The translations under genes were made by a program, and so were the position numbers. The notes under the pieces are model-generated. The model saw only the letters and a list, made by a program, of their open reading frames with translations, ran no database searches and had not been told where the DNA came from. Shown piece by piece: positions 44,302 through 55,800 of a DNA stretch of 64,000 bases (its first letter is position 1; every line of letters begins with the position of its first letter). Origin of the DNA: a virus; the IMG/VR virus record IMGVR_UViG_3300028840_004168, positions 1 to 64,000 of that record. One strand, 5' to 3'.

Positions 44302-45195
44302 TTAAAACGCCACTTCGTAAGATGTTATATCGACAGCGATGTTATAGCTAACGATTACTTCTTCTATTGCCAGATCTTTATCAACTATTTCGTATGGTAT
44401 GACAACATCGCTGCTAACAGTTTCTAAAAGAGCGTTTACAATGATAGTCTCTTCGCTCTCAAGTCCTACCAGATCATAGACAATAATCATGTCAGATCCA
44501 ACTTCGATACTATAAGAAACTACCAAGTCTTCTTTTGCCAGTGGCTCCAGCTCATATACAATAACAACGTCATCGCTTATAACCACTGTTCCAACAGAAT
44601 AAGGCACGATTACTTCAGATGACATGGTAAGAGAATATGAAACGATAACTTCTTCGCTGGCTAATGGTTCCAGCTCATATACGATTATAGTGTCGCTGCT
44701 TACCGTAGTCACGCCGATGTTGTAATCAATGATCATCTCTGACGCAAGCATAATGCTGTAATCAACGATCATCTCTTGACTTGCAAGTGCGCCTATCTCA
44801 TTAACAATTATAGTCTCATCTGAGATAACACTCATCAACCCATACAGGATGATCTTCTCGTTGGCAGTCAATATCGGAATTACAACTACCGTCTCTTGAG
44901 ATATATACAGTTCTAACCTGATGTCATGATCTTTGTTTTGCGTCTGTCCGTCAAAGAGCATATATATATCATGATCTTTATCTTGATGCTGCCCATCAAG
45001 GCTCAAGAATATATCATGATCTTTATCATACTGAACCTCTACTAAAATAACATTATCAGAAAGCTCTCCTACAACAGCAAGAGTGTGTATTACTGAATCA
45101 CTGTTTTCACCTGCAACAATTCCTTGATCCACTATTGCAGAGTCAGAATAGTTAACAGAGGAAATTCCTCTTGAGCCAAACCAGGGCAATAGCAT
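44302..45195 (-). CDS. acidic beta-repeat virion protein (fibre or solenoid-like)
   Basis: 3x DKDHDI repeats, then about 12 repeats of 13-15 aa S(D/E)xx(I/V)(I/V)xY. Confidence 0.65.
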   Translation of the reverse strand: MLLPWFGSRGISSVNYSDSAIVDQGIVAGENSDSVIHTLAVVGELSDNVILVEVQYDKDHDIFLSLDGQHQDKDHDIYMLFDGQTQNKDHDIRLELYISQETVVVIPILTANEKIILYGLMSVISDETIIVNEIGALASQEMIVDYSIMLASEMIIDYNIGVTTVSSDTIIVYELEPLASEEVIVSYSLTMSSEVIVPYSVGTVVISDDVVIVYELEPLAKEDLVVSYSIEVGSDMIIVYDLVGLESEETIIVNALLETVSSDVVIPYEIVDKDLAIEEVIVSYNIAVDITSYEVAF

Positions 45196-45207
45196 GCTAA
45201 ATTCCTA

Positions 45208-45828
45208 TTATACATCCACAGTCATAGCCGCACGAGTTCTGATCGAAATGTTGGTATAAACAACTGAATTCGGATCGACAGGCACAGTAACCCTGCGCCA
45301 GAATGTTTCCGATGCAGGCGCAGTCAGATTGCCAAGTGCCAAATCTGCCCCTGGAACTGCTGTGGTATCCAAGCCTGCTTGCGTCTCAGCAAATTTATAC
45401 CATGTTTCCTGCGCATCGCCAGGGACAGCAGGAGTAAGATCATACGGCCCGACTGTTAAGTTAGTAGCATCATACACTGCATACAATAACGATCCTGTGC
45501 TATGCGTAACAGCAGTAGTGTCAAGAAACCCACGCACTACAGTCAATGTCTTTCCATTGACTGCCGTGATAAGTATCTTCTCGCTGTCTACCTGCGCTAC
45601 TACAACTTCACCAAACATCCCATCGATAGTGCTATCGTTGATAGCTATAAACGTATCAGCAGCTCCGATAGACCCATCTAAAGTAGTTTGTTCCGCAGCA
45701 ATCCATAGCTGTTCGTCTTGAGTAGTAGAGTCAGAAGGAATAATAGCATAATCAGGATTATTATAATATTGCAACTGGCTTACTCTGTCTGTCAAAGCAG
45801 CATCTTTATATATTCTTAGAATAGGCAT
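45208..45828 (-). CDS. tail structural protein, paralog of 45845-46468
   Basis: LRIYKDAALT..NPD, VVRGFLDTTAVTHSTG, FWRRVTVP. Confidence 0.7.
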   Translation of the reverse strand: MPILRIYKDAALTDRVSQLQYYNNPDYAIIPSDSTTQDEQLWIAAEQTTLDGSIGAADTFIAINDSTIDGMFGEVVVAQVDSEKILITAVNGKTLTVVRGFLDTTAVTHSTGSLLYAVYDATNLTVGPYDLTPAVPGDAQETWYKFAETQAGLDTTAVPGADLALGNLTAPASETFWRRVTVPVDPNSVVYTNISIRTRAAMTVDV

Positions 45829-45844
45829 AATTACCTCTTAATGC

Positions 45845-46468
45845 TTATGATGGACGATGCACTAAACGTTTAGCTCTAACTCTCCATCTTAAATCACTCT
45901 TGTAAAACGCAGACTGCCCAGGTGGAACAACAATATTGCGATAAAACATCACAGTCTCATTGTAAGCCACACTGCCGATGTTCAGCTGCAAAGCAGCAGT
46001 AGTATCCCATTCAGGAGAAGAGGCATCGTAATAAGTCAACGAAACCCTGCACCAGCCAGACTCATCAGTAGCATCTGTATCATGACCGCTTACTGTTATA
46101 TCAGCATAATCGTAAGCAGCCCTTACCACAGTGCCTGCAGTATAGCTCTGTATCGCAGTTCCCAGGACACCCCTGTCAATTGTATAATGACCGCCTCCTA
46201 GATCGCCAATTATAGCTGCAAGCTCAGTAGCGCCCAGGAATACAATATCTCCAGCATCGAAAACACCCTGCGCCAGAAACATATCACCAGCAGTAGCGTC
46301 AAGAGCGTTTGCAAGCTCTGTACGCATATTCCCCAGGTAAAGAGTCTCTACCTCACGCTGCCCGATAGTGCCGTTAAACACGCCTGAGTCTGGATTAGTC
46401 ATCGTGCCGTCAAGAGACAATGGCCTTGTTAAAGCTTCGTCTTCGAAGATTCTAAGTGAAACAGACAT
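45845..46468 (-). CDS. tail structural protein, paralog of 45208-45828
   Basis: LRIFEDEALT..NPD, IDRGVLGTAIQSYTAG, FYRNIVVPPG. Confidence 0.7.
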   Translation of the reverse strand: MSVSLRIFEDEALTRPLSLDGTMTNPDSGVFNGTIGQREVETLYLGNMRTELANALDATAGDMFLAQGVFDAGDIVFLGATELAAIIGDLGGGHYTIDRGVLGTAIQSYTAGTVVRAAYDYADITVSGHDTDATDESGWCRVSLTYYDASSPEWDTTAALQLNIGSVAYNETVMFYRNIVVPPGQSAFYKSDLRWRVRAKRLVHRPS

Positions 46469-46479
46469 TCAAGCCTCCG

Positions 46480-47544
46480 TTATGCACTTTCGCCAGCCTG
46501 ATTCAAATGCGGATCATTTCTCGACTCACTAGCTGAATTAGCTGGAATGATTTCTTTGACCCACACCCCTTTAGCAGATTGACTGGTAGTAAACACTATC
46601 TGATTCCCAGCAACCCAGCTACCAGCGCCCCATGCATCTGTAGGAATATAAAAGTAATAAGAGCTTCCATTGATAGCATAGTAAGCTGAACTTTTATTGC
46701 CTGGAGGAAGAGCGCCTGTAGCTGCTCCAGAAACAGTGAAAGCAGTAGAACTTGTAAACGTAATTGTCCAAGTATCAACTATACTTCCAATATTATAAAC
46801 ATAGACATTATCGACAATAAAAGTAGCAGGCCCAGTCTGACTGACAATCGCCTTGTCTGCCTGCGTATCTCCCAGCTCTACGCATGAAGCTCCAAAGGTA
46901 TAATAGCTGGTAGCATGTGTTGGCCCTAAAGTATAAGCGTTCCATGAATAGCGTGTAGCCGTAGAAAGCAAAATAGTAGCTACATTGCTTATCCATGAGA
47001 CAGCGCCAGAAGGTATTGCCCTGACATACTCTTCTTGCTTAACAACAAAGATGCCCTGAGAGTCATTGTATTCATACTCTGCCAGTCTAATAAGAGCACC
47101 ATCGTCAACGCCATCGTAAGGCCCACCTGAAGGCCCATCAAACGCAAGGGCTATGCTGGTAGAATCAGCAGCTATGTTAGCATTGATTTTACCGCATCCA
47201 TGCCAGCTGGGAACTGACCCTATGGCTGCCTGCGTATCTGTGTTAGTCCCTGCGCCTAGCCTGAGCCAGTCATCTCCAGGACTCTGTCTGCCTACACATA
47301 TGCGATGATTGACAAGCGCCAATCCATCTCTAGTGGCATCGCTAAGATCAGCTTCGTTCTTACAGAAGAGTTTACGATATCTGGTAAGACCAGTTATGCG
47401 TTCCGCTTCTGAAACATTAGGAAGCAGATTTTCTGCAACATTAGAAGTAATCCTGTTGCTAGAAATACCGCCGCCATTCGTAGGATCGTCACTGTTTACC
47501 AACGCCCGAAACATTTTTAAATCGGCTGAAACAATCCCTGCCAT
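46480..47544 (-). CDS. conserved phage tail/virion structural protein
   Basis: NGGG.S.......ENLLPNVSEAERITGLTRYRKLFCKN motif seen in phage tail modules; VWVKEIIPA. Confidence 0.7.
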   Translation of the reverse strand: MAGIVSADLKMFRALVNSDDPTNGGGISSNRITSNVAENLLPNVSEAERITGLTRYRKLFCKNEADLSDATRDGLALVNHRICVGRQSPGDDWLRLGAGTNTDTQAAIGSVPSWHGCGKINANIAADSTSIALAFDGPSGGPYDGVDDGALIRLAEYEYNDSQGIFVVKQEEYVRAIPSGAVSWISNVATILLSTATRYSWNAYTLGPTHATSYYTFGASCVELGDTQADKAIVSQTGPATFIVDNVYVYNIGSIVDTWTITFTSSTAFTVSGAATGALPPGNKSSAYYAINGSSYYFYIPTDAWGAGSWVAGNQIVFTTSQSAKGVWVKEIIPANSASESRNDPHLNQAGESA

Positions 47545-47555
47545 TGTAAAACCTC

Positions 47556-47954
47556 CTAATTAAGATTCTCTGATAATGTTTTTACTTCTTCATCTGTTAA
47601 ATCTAATTCGCCTTCTTTAGATTTAGAATAAATTAAATCATAAACCGCATGTAAATAATTCGATAGCCTGTGAATTATTATACCAACAAAAAACGGAATA
47701 GCAAAAAATAAAATATGAAATTCAATATTTTTTATTTCCATATATATAAACGCTGCAACATATGCCACAACCCATCCAAGCCAAACGGATTGACAATACT
47801 TACAATCTAGGAACTCTTGATAATGCTTGTTATCAGAAAAAGATTTGACAAACCTTCTCAGCGGCTGCACAGGCAGCCCATCAACCCACAATTGGCACAA
47901 TGCCTCAGTTAGTATCGCTGCTAGTATTATCATAAGTATTGCCAGTCCCATCAA
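47556..47954 (-). CDS. DUF1360-like membrane protein with CxxC
   Basis: Three hydrophobic segments; EFLDCKYCQSVWLGW. Confidence 0.65.
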   Translation of the reverse strand: MMGLAILMIILAAILTEALCQLWVDGLPVQPLRRFVKSFSDNKHYQEFLDCKYCQSVWLGWVVAYVAAFIYMEIKNIEFHILFFAIPFFVGIIIHRLSNYLHAVYDLIYSKSKEGELDLTDEEVKTLSENLN

Positions 47955-47955
47955 T

Positions 47956-48096
47956 TTATCTCCTTTGTTGTCTTTTATGTTTTAAAAAGTTATAACTGCA
48001 ATTAGCCCTGCTACACCTTTTCTTTTTATATGTTCTGCCACAGCATTTCTTCGTGACCTTATAAATAAGGTTGCTGCCGCACTTCGGACACTTCAT
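47956..48096 (-). CDS. small basic six-Cys protein (46 aa, below track cutoff)
   Basis: Manual translation MKCPKCGSNLIYKVTKKCCGRTYKKKRCSRANCSYNFLKHKRQQRR; ATGA overlap with the upstream gene. Confidence 0.7.
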   Translation of the reverse strand: MKCPKCGSNLIYKVTKKCCGRTYKKKRCSRANCSYNFLKHKRQQRR

Positions 48097-48491
48097 ATTT
48101 CTTCCAGTATCAAAGTATAAGTCCGTTCATTTCCTCTGAACGCAGGTGAAAACCCTACCCTCCTTACCCTATAAAGCGGCACATAAGTAATAAAACCAGA
48201 GCCAGAAGTTACTACCTCATGAATAGTCCTGGTATTTGATTCTTGAGTTATCGGTATGCCATCCCTGAAAGTCAGTTCTCCTTTGACATTTGCCAACTGA
48301 CTTAACCATGCATATTGAGTCTCAGTGATAGCACTGATAGTGAAGCGCTTCTTTATTTTCTCAGGATTAGACTGCAGCAGCTGACCAGCAATATTTCTTC
48401 TGACTTCTCCGAACCACATGTCTTCAGGCTCATAAGACTCTGGCTGATGCTCTATCAAAGTATTATTTATATATATTCCATCATAAGCCAT
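48093..48491 (-). CDS. distal tail (Dit)-like protein
   Basis: IYINNTLI...P.SYEPE......RRNIAGQL.....IKKRFTI...Q pattern, just downstream of the tape measure block. Confidence 0.55.
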   Translation of the reverse strand: MAYDGIYINNTLIEHQPESYEPEDMWFGEVRRNIAGQLLQSNPEKIKKRFTISAITETQYAWLSQLANVKGELTFRDGIPITQESNTRTIHEVVTSGSGFITYVPLYRVRRVGFSPAFRGNERTYTLILEEI

Positions 48492-48507
48492 TATTTACCT
48501 CTATTAC

Positions 48508-48696
48508 TTATTGTTGAATCCTACAATATATTAAACCAGATGGTCGCCATAATAATCTTGTCTTATTGTATGAAACAATAAAATTATCATCAAAAGCAGC
48601 TCTTAAAGCAATAGTTTTTTCTTTTAAACTTCTTATAGAACCAATAACAACACCGCTTAATTCCCTCCTTAGTCTCAAAGCTTTTGTTAATTTCAA
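48508..48696 (-). CDS. small basic hypothetical protein
   Basis: ORF track; fills the gap in the operon. Confidence 0.45.
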   Translation of the reverse strand: MKLTKALRLRRELSGVVIGSIRSLKEKTIALRAAFDDNFIVSYNKTRLLWRPSGLIYCRIQQ

Positions 48697-48703
48697 TCAT
48701 CTG

Positions 48704-49876
48704 CTATTTCGCTCTCTCTACAAAGATCATGACATCATTCAAAGCGTTAAAGTTAAGAGTGTAAGTTATCACATAGCCGTCTCTTACAGGAGTGAAGGGC
48801 TCAAGGGTAGCTCTCCTGGCGCATACTATGACCTTGTCATTGCTGGAGGCACATTCAGCCACCATAACAAAATTAAATATGTCACCATCCAGGTAGCTCT
48901 GGTAGTCGCTCCTGTTATAAAATCTTATATCCACAGATCCAGCCACAGTCCTGCTTTTTAAAGAGTAAGCCATAGCTTCATCATCGCCAGGAAAATAATC
49001 TGGTCTTAGATCATTTATTATATCGATGTCAAATCCTGATGCTTCCGCTACTTGCAGCCCTTTGTATAGCCGCAGCGTCAGAGGATCTATTAAAGAAGGA
49101 TAGTGAGGATCGACAGTATAAGCGCCAACTGCTGATGTAGAATCAACTGCCTCTCTAGCAGCTATAAGGCCTGCAGACAGGCCAGCAATAGTATCAACAC
49201 TAAAGGTAAAGCTCAGCGCATTAACCTTGACACCGTTGTATAGGTAATAATCTATATCCCTCTGAGACTGCATACAGAGGCTCACAGGGAGATTGAAATG
49301 AACATCAGTATAGTAATTAGGGACGATGGCATACACATCACTGGCAGTTGAATCTACCAGCCCAAAGAACGCTTCTTCAGCAAAGTATCTCTTCGCATAT
49401 GTTGATTGCTCGCCTCTAGTCACTGTAAAGGTATAGTTGGGCGGCGGAGATCCATGCTTGTTTGCACTGACCAAGTCAAGCACTTCGCCCCCAACGAGAA
49501 AAGTATCCACGCCATCAAAGCCATCAGGGTCAAGTGTATTAACTTCGAAGTCCGTAGCAGTGCTGTCGGTAACGTCTTGATTGAGTGTGCCATAAATAAA
49601 CCCCTTACTTCCAAATAAACTTTTGTCAGTAAATTCGATCTTTCTACCAATGGCGGCTGTCATTACATCTATAATAGAAAGATCAGCCGATAGATCGACA
49701 TTGAGAGGCCCACTGCCAATGTAGTTAGTCTTCGCTAACTCACCATAGTTAATAAAGTTAAGCACATTGTAATCGTTTAAAGTAGAAACCACTCCCTCAG
49801 ATACCAAAGGGAAATATTTATCTGGAATTCCAGATTTAAAACTTGACTCTGTGCCTATGTATACAAACGATGCCAT
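48704..49876 (-). CDS. second tail-tube paralog (tube initiator or minor tube)
   Basis: IGTESSF...FPLVSE, YNGVKVNALSFTF, GFDIDIINDL, RTVAGSVDIRF parallel the major tube motifs. Confidence 0.7.
   Translation of the reverse strand: MASFVYIGTESSFKSGIPDKYFPLVSEGVVSTLNDYNVLNFINYGELAKTNYIGSGPLNVDLSADLSIIDVMTAAIGRKIEFTDKSLFGSKGFIYGTLNQDVTDSTATDFEVNTLDPDGFDGVDTFLVGGEVLDLVSANKHGSPPPNYTFTVTRGEQSTYAKRYFAEEAFFGLVDSTASDVYAIVPNYYTDVHFNLPVSLCMQSQRDIDYYLYNGVKVNALSFTFSVDTIAGLSAGLIAAREAVDSTSAVGAYTVDPHYPSLIDPLTLRLYKGLQVAEASGFDIDIINDLRPDYFPGDDEAMAYSLKSRTVAGSVDIRFYNRSDYQSYLDGDIFNFVMVAECASSNDKVIVCARRATLEPFTPVRDGYVITYTLNFNALNDVMIFVERAK
49821..49834. repeat. dispersed palindrome (perfect)
   Basis: TCTGGAATTCCAGA, codes SGIPD. 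Confidence 0.8.
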
Positions 49877-49879
49877 TTA

Positions 49880-52800
49880 TCAATCCTGTATCTTTAACAT
49901 CTTTTCACGTTTAAGATCATCCCTGAAGCTCTTTGCCACTTCAGATCTGGTAACGAATTGTCCTTGATACTGCCTGTCTCCCACAGTCAATGTAAGATTG
50001 ATGCTGCCCATGTCTTCAGGATCTTTAGCAGTAGCAGCAGGCCTTTGCGATTCAGGCGCAACCATTCCACCAGAGTAAAATCTTTGTGAAGCGCTTGTCT
50101 CGAAAAATTCTTTATTAGCCCTGACCCCCTTGCGGCTCATCACAAAAGAACCTTCAGGCAGCACTGTCTGAATCCTGTCTATACCAGGAGTTCCAGAGAA
50201 CATGCTTACGCCTCTATTCATCAGCTTGAACATCTGCTTGTTCTGTTTGAACAACTGTGCAGGTATAAAAGCCTCTCCATCAGATACTCTTACAGGAACC
50301 ATACCGCCATGCTGGAAACTGCCTACTTCGCCACCTTGATATCCTCTACTTCCCATTATAGTAGTAGCAATGTCCTCAGCTCCTTCCCTAAAAGCTCTCT
50401 CAATCCTTTCAGCCATATAATCTGCTGTATCTCTGCCTTTGTCTTCAAGATAGTTCCAGGTCTTATTTAAATTATCTCTCACTGACTCAGATGCATCTGC
50501 AAAAGCTTCTCCCACTGGATCTCTTTCTATAAATTCCATAAAGCTGATTGCTCCCTGGAATATATCTGTAGATGCAAATTCAGCCAAAACTTTTTCAAGG
50601 CTTTCCTTTGTATAGTCAGCAGCTTCTTTTGATTTTTTCTCTAAGTAGTTTGCAGCTGCGTCATAATAAAGAGCTCCATCTTTAGAAGCACTAACAAGCT
50701 TGTCTTTAATTGTATCTGCAATCTCCTTAGTAACAGGAGATTCTTTAGTAGCCATCTGTTCTTGTAATTCTAGCTGCTTTTCATATTCCGCTACTGCCTT
50801 TTCAGCTACAGCAAGATTGTGTTCTTCAAGCCTTTGTTTTTCTGCAGCAGCCTCTACCTGTTTTGCTGCAATAGCTAAGTTCTGGCCCAACTCTTTCTTG
50901 CTTATCTCAACAGTTCTTTCCAGCTCTGTATTGTAATATGCTATCTTATCTCCTAAATCAGCATAGCCACCATACTGCGCCACGATTTCATCAAGAGTAA
51001 GCTTGTTAGCATCTTTCACTGCTTCTACCTGCTCTTTAACTCCAGCAGCCTCATCTTTAATAGATGACATTATCTCTTTATTCTTTTCCAGATTTACATT
51101 GGCACTCTCTACACTGACATTCATACTGTCCATTTGTGTAGCAGCTGTAGATACGCTTTCAGCACCGCTTTCCATATTAGCCTTAAAAATTTCAGCCGTT
51201 TTATTTACATCTTCAGAAGCTTGGCGCAACTCAATAATCTTATCCACGCTTGCCTGAATACTTGGACTTGCATCTGTAGATTTGACAAAGAGCGCCATCA
51301 CATAGGCAAGATCTTTTAAAACAGAAGTCATCTCTCTTAACTGTGCAACCATCTTATTCAGCGCTTCTTCAGAAGTAAGCAATTCGTTTTTAGCCTTTGC
51401 AAGTATAAATTGCTCTTCGGCATTAAGAGTATTCCTATTCCCCAATTCATCGACTATAGCCTTCTGGATCTTGACTTGCGCCTTAGCCACATCAAGACTT
51501 CCTTTATTAAGCATTTCTATAGTTCTATTTATATCTTGATATTCATCTTTTATCTTAACTAAAGCAGCTACCCTATCGTCATCATCGCTATCTTGAGCTT
51601 TTGCCAGCTTGTTAGCTCTCTCCATCTGATCTTCTAAGAGCTTCTTCTGATCTTCATAAAGCTCTATTGTTTTTTCAACAGATTCTCTCTGCCTGTCCAT
51701 CTGATGCACTGCCTGTGTGCCAACGCCGACAATACTTTTCTGCTCCTTATTTGCCTTTTGCAGCTCTTCAGATATTGCCGCAGTTTTAAGTCTCCACTCT
51801 TCAGTTATTCCAATCTCTTCCTCTATGAGCTTTTTATTATCTGCCAGCTGATTTTCAGTTCTCGCTAAAGCCTCAGTGGCAAGACCTACAGCTTCAGCAT
51901 AAAGTTCGCTGTTTGCTCTAATTTCTTTCAGGTCATCGTCCATTTTATTATATTTAGTTTCCAGCTTTTCTATTGCATATGTCTGGTTTAATACAGCCTC
52001 TGTATCCCAGGGATCTATATCTACCAGCTTTTTTCTTTCAGCGGCAATTTTTATAGTCAAGTCTTTCTGTTTTTCAAGTGTGTCTGTGCGCTTCTTCTCG
52101 GCCTTAACATAATCGTCCAGCCCCACACCAGCCTTTTCAAATATGTCCAGATCAGCAGCAGCCCTGTTAAAGTCTATGACTGCTTTTTCAGCTTCTCTTT
52201 GCGCATCTATATATTCCAGAAGTGCTTCCTGATTTCCTAATATAAGGCCGTTTAAATCAGAGTATGCGTCAAGAGCAGCACCAATTGCCTGTTTTGATAT
52301 ATCTCCAAACAGCTTTTGTTGCTGTCCTAGCTCATCGATGGAATGAGTAGTTCTGTTAACAGATCCTCTAAGAGTATCAATAAATTTCCTGGCCTTATCC
52401 ATACCTACACCAATCTTATCAAACTCTGCAGCCGCTTCGATACCAGCTATCCTTGCCATCTGTGCCTGGATATCCTGATAAATCACAGAAGTATCTTCAA
52501 GATTATCATTCCTGTCTTCTTCAAGTTTTACTATGGCAGCGATCACGCCTTCCACTTTTTCAGTAGTCCTTATCATCTCTGCCCAAGCTTCTTCATAATC
52601 CGTAGTAGTTTTTATAAGATGCCTGCTTTTATCGTCAACCACATCCATCTGGACAGCCCATACTTCGTAGACAGCCTCTGCAGTTCTGCCTAAAGTATTC
52701 ATATCCATGATAGCCTTATGCGTATTTAACGCCACATCGAGATCTACCTCAAGCATCTTAGCTTCAAAATGTCTCTGCAGCTGATCAACTATAATATCGG

Positions 52801-55800
52801 CTAACGATTTAATACTTTCTATCTGTTCGTTTAAATTTTCAAACCCTGCAAAATCAAGCTTAGTGTCAGCCATAGTCTTGGAAATAGACTTCATATTCTT
52901 TTCGACAATCCTATTCATGAGAGAGAAGCTATATCCGTAAGCGCCCACCATATTAGTAAGATCTTCTACTGTAGCGTCTTTAAGCGTATCCATTTTAAGC
53001 TTCAACGCATCCACTCCTGCCTCTACGCCCTTCATGCTTTTAGGAACCTCAATGCCGAAGAGATTGAAGCCTTCTGCCATAGCTCTTGCATAAGCTTCAC
53101 CAGTGACCTTGTCTTCCTTAAGCCTTTTGCTAAGAGCAAGCAACACATTTTTTACCGATTCTATCTTATCTTCTGGCCTCAACTCTGACATCAGCAATAA
53201 AGCCTTTGTAAACTCTTCAGTAGAATCAGCCCCTTCTGTCAGTAATTCAGCCATCCCTTGTGCTGCCTTAGATATGTCTATGAAAGACCTTTGCATCAAC
53301 GGACTTGCATCTATAGCATCTTCCGTTGCTGAAAACATTTTGCGCATTCCTTCTGTATAGTCTGTAGTCTTTACATTGGCATCATCCAGTTCTTTTATTA
53401 CATCGCCATATGACTCTCCTAATTCTCTTTGCGCTAACTTTAATTTGACAGCTAATCCAGCCTGTCTCTCAACAGCAGCAGAATACCTTTCCATATCCTC
53501 AGCCTTTGCAAATTCTTCCATATCTTTTGTGGCTGCTTGATACTCTGACCTGATGTTTTGTATCTCTCCTACCTGCTCTCCTAATGATTCACTAACACTT
53601 TTAAGACTTGGAAATATTTTATCCCAAACGCTTTTGATTGTATCGGCAAAAATCCCCCAAGCGGTCATTCCCTTAAGCATTCTCTTGATGAAATTAAAAA
53701 AAGTTCTTTCTGTCTTGCCTACCGCTTTATCAAAAGCTTCAACCCCTTTTATCATCTCCTTAAATGCTCTTGCCCTGAGAATCTTCTGCTGCTCCAGCTT
53801 CATCCTCTCAAGATGTTTTGTATTCTGCTCCAGATCTTTCCTGATTGCCTCTAATTGGCTTCTGTATTTATCCGCATCGACAATTCTTATATCAGGAACA
53901 TGTTTCCCTAAAAGAACAAATGCTTGGCTTACTTCTCTGGTATACTGATTCACATCTATCAAACTATTTTTATAATCATCAATAGCCTTAACAGCTTTTT
54001 TAATAGAATCTACTTGCTGATTATTTTCACCTATCTGCTGGTCAAGCAATTGAATGTTTTCTTTGATCTCTTCATTTGTAAGCTTTACCACTTTAATAAA
54101 CCATTTTAGCGCCATGATTGCCAGTTGAGCATAGATATAAAAACTTACAAGCCTTTGAGCCACTATTCCTAAAGTAGACCCTAAAATAGACAGCATGCCT
54201 ACAAAACTCATTCCTCCAGCTCTAAATATCTTAATTGCCTTTCCTGCGAGCTGCATTTTTTCTCCAAAGGTTTGAGCATTCTGCGATGCATTTATAAAGG
54301 CAGTCTGCATCTCTTGCTGTGCTGCAGCCAATCCGTTATATGCACCCTTCAGCTTATCAGTAATTCCTGCATTCTGAAGCATCTCAGCCGACAATGTTTT
54401 GCCTAAAGCGGCACTCTGGCTGACTGCATTTGAAAATCTAAACTGCTCTTTCCTTAATATTGCCTGCGATGTTGTAACTGCCTTCAGCTTGCCGTCCAGT
54501 TTATCTAAAGATGCCTGGAACGCCTTAGACCCTGCAGTCAGCCCTCTTCCAAATAAGTCTCCTTTTTTAGCTGCCGCACGTTCCGCTTCATTCATAGCCC
54601 TGGCAAGTTCATTTTCAAGTCTGATTTGTTCTTTAGTTGCGCCTCCAAATATCTTAAGCCTTTTAGCATTTCTAACATAAGACATTCCTAATGTCTTAAG
54701 ACCCTTAGCCTCTAATCCTATATACTGAGCATAATTCAGGGCTGTATACCCCAAAACATGATTAGTAAATAACGCCATTGACTTAGTCGTAGCTACCAGC
54801 ACTATTTTCCACGCAGCCCATACAGCTGCGATTTTTGCTATACTAGAAAGCGCACCACCAAACTTTTGATCAAGATTAATAACACCTTCAACTACTTTAG
54901 AAACTACATTGGCAAGACTAAGAAATGTCTCAACAAAAGGAGCCATGTTTATTCTCATCACCGCATCTATAGCCGCAGCCAGTCTTTTAAATACAAACTC
55001 AGGCTTATCAGCCATTTCATCGAACATCTCATCAGTAGCCGCTATTGCGTCTGTGCGCAAAGTATTGATAGACTCCCTTACTTCATCAGCATATTTAACC
55101 AGTGTGATAAATGACTTTGCACCACGCAGACCTAACCTTTCAAATACAACTCCTACATCTCCTGCCGTTAATGCTCCTGCCTCCATCCTTATGGCAACCT
55201 GATCAAGTATATCCAGGAAGTCAAGCGGTTTTGTAAGATCTATCTCTATGTCAAACGCCGCTGCAAACTTGTCAGCGTCTTTAGACATCCTTGCGAAGAT
55301 AACCTGCAAGCTACGGCCTGCGATACCAGCTTTAATCATATGGTCATTTAGAACGCCAAGTATACCTGAAAGATCATCATACGACAGGCCGACCTCTTTA
55401 GCTGTAGCGATTGAATATTTCATACCATCTCTGAGCTCGCTCATTTCAACAAGATGGTCACGGAACGTAGCAACCAGTGTGTCATTTATACTCTGGAACT
55501 GAGCTGTCTGATCACCTGTAGCCGATAATTCATCTCTGAAGTTTTTATAAATACCTGTCACCAGCTTTGTATAATCGCCGACTTCTTCTTCAGTAGCCAA
55601 GATAGCTTTCAATGTTGAATCAAACGCAGCCAGAGATTCTTCTGCCTGCAGACCAGCTGAACCTAACTGATAGAACAGCTCTCCAGTCTGTTCAAAAGTA
55701 GACCCTAATCCAGTAGCGGCCTGTATCATCTTAGAACGCATTACCACAGCGACTTCAGCTGTAGACATCATCTCACTTCGAACAGTTCTTAAAGCCCTGG

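Noticed and set aside
35369-48471. T4-like late promoter TATAAATA matches at about 35369 and 48464
   Set aside because: Both are inside coding regions and the motif is not found before structural operons; no late promoter consensus could be identified.
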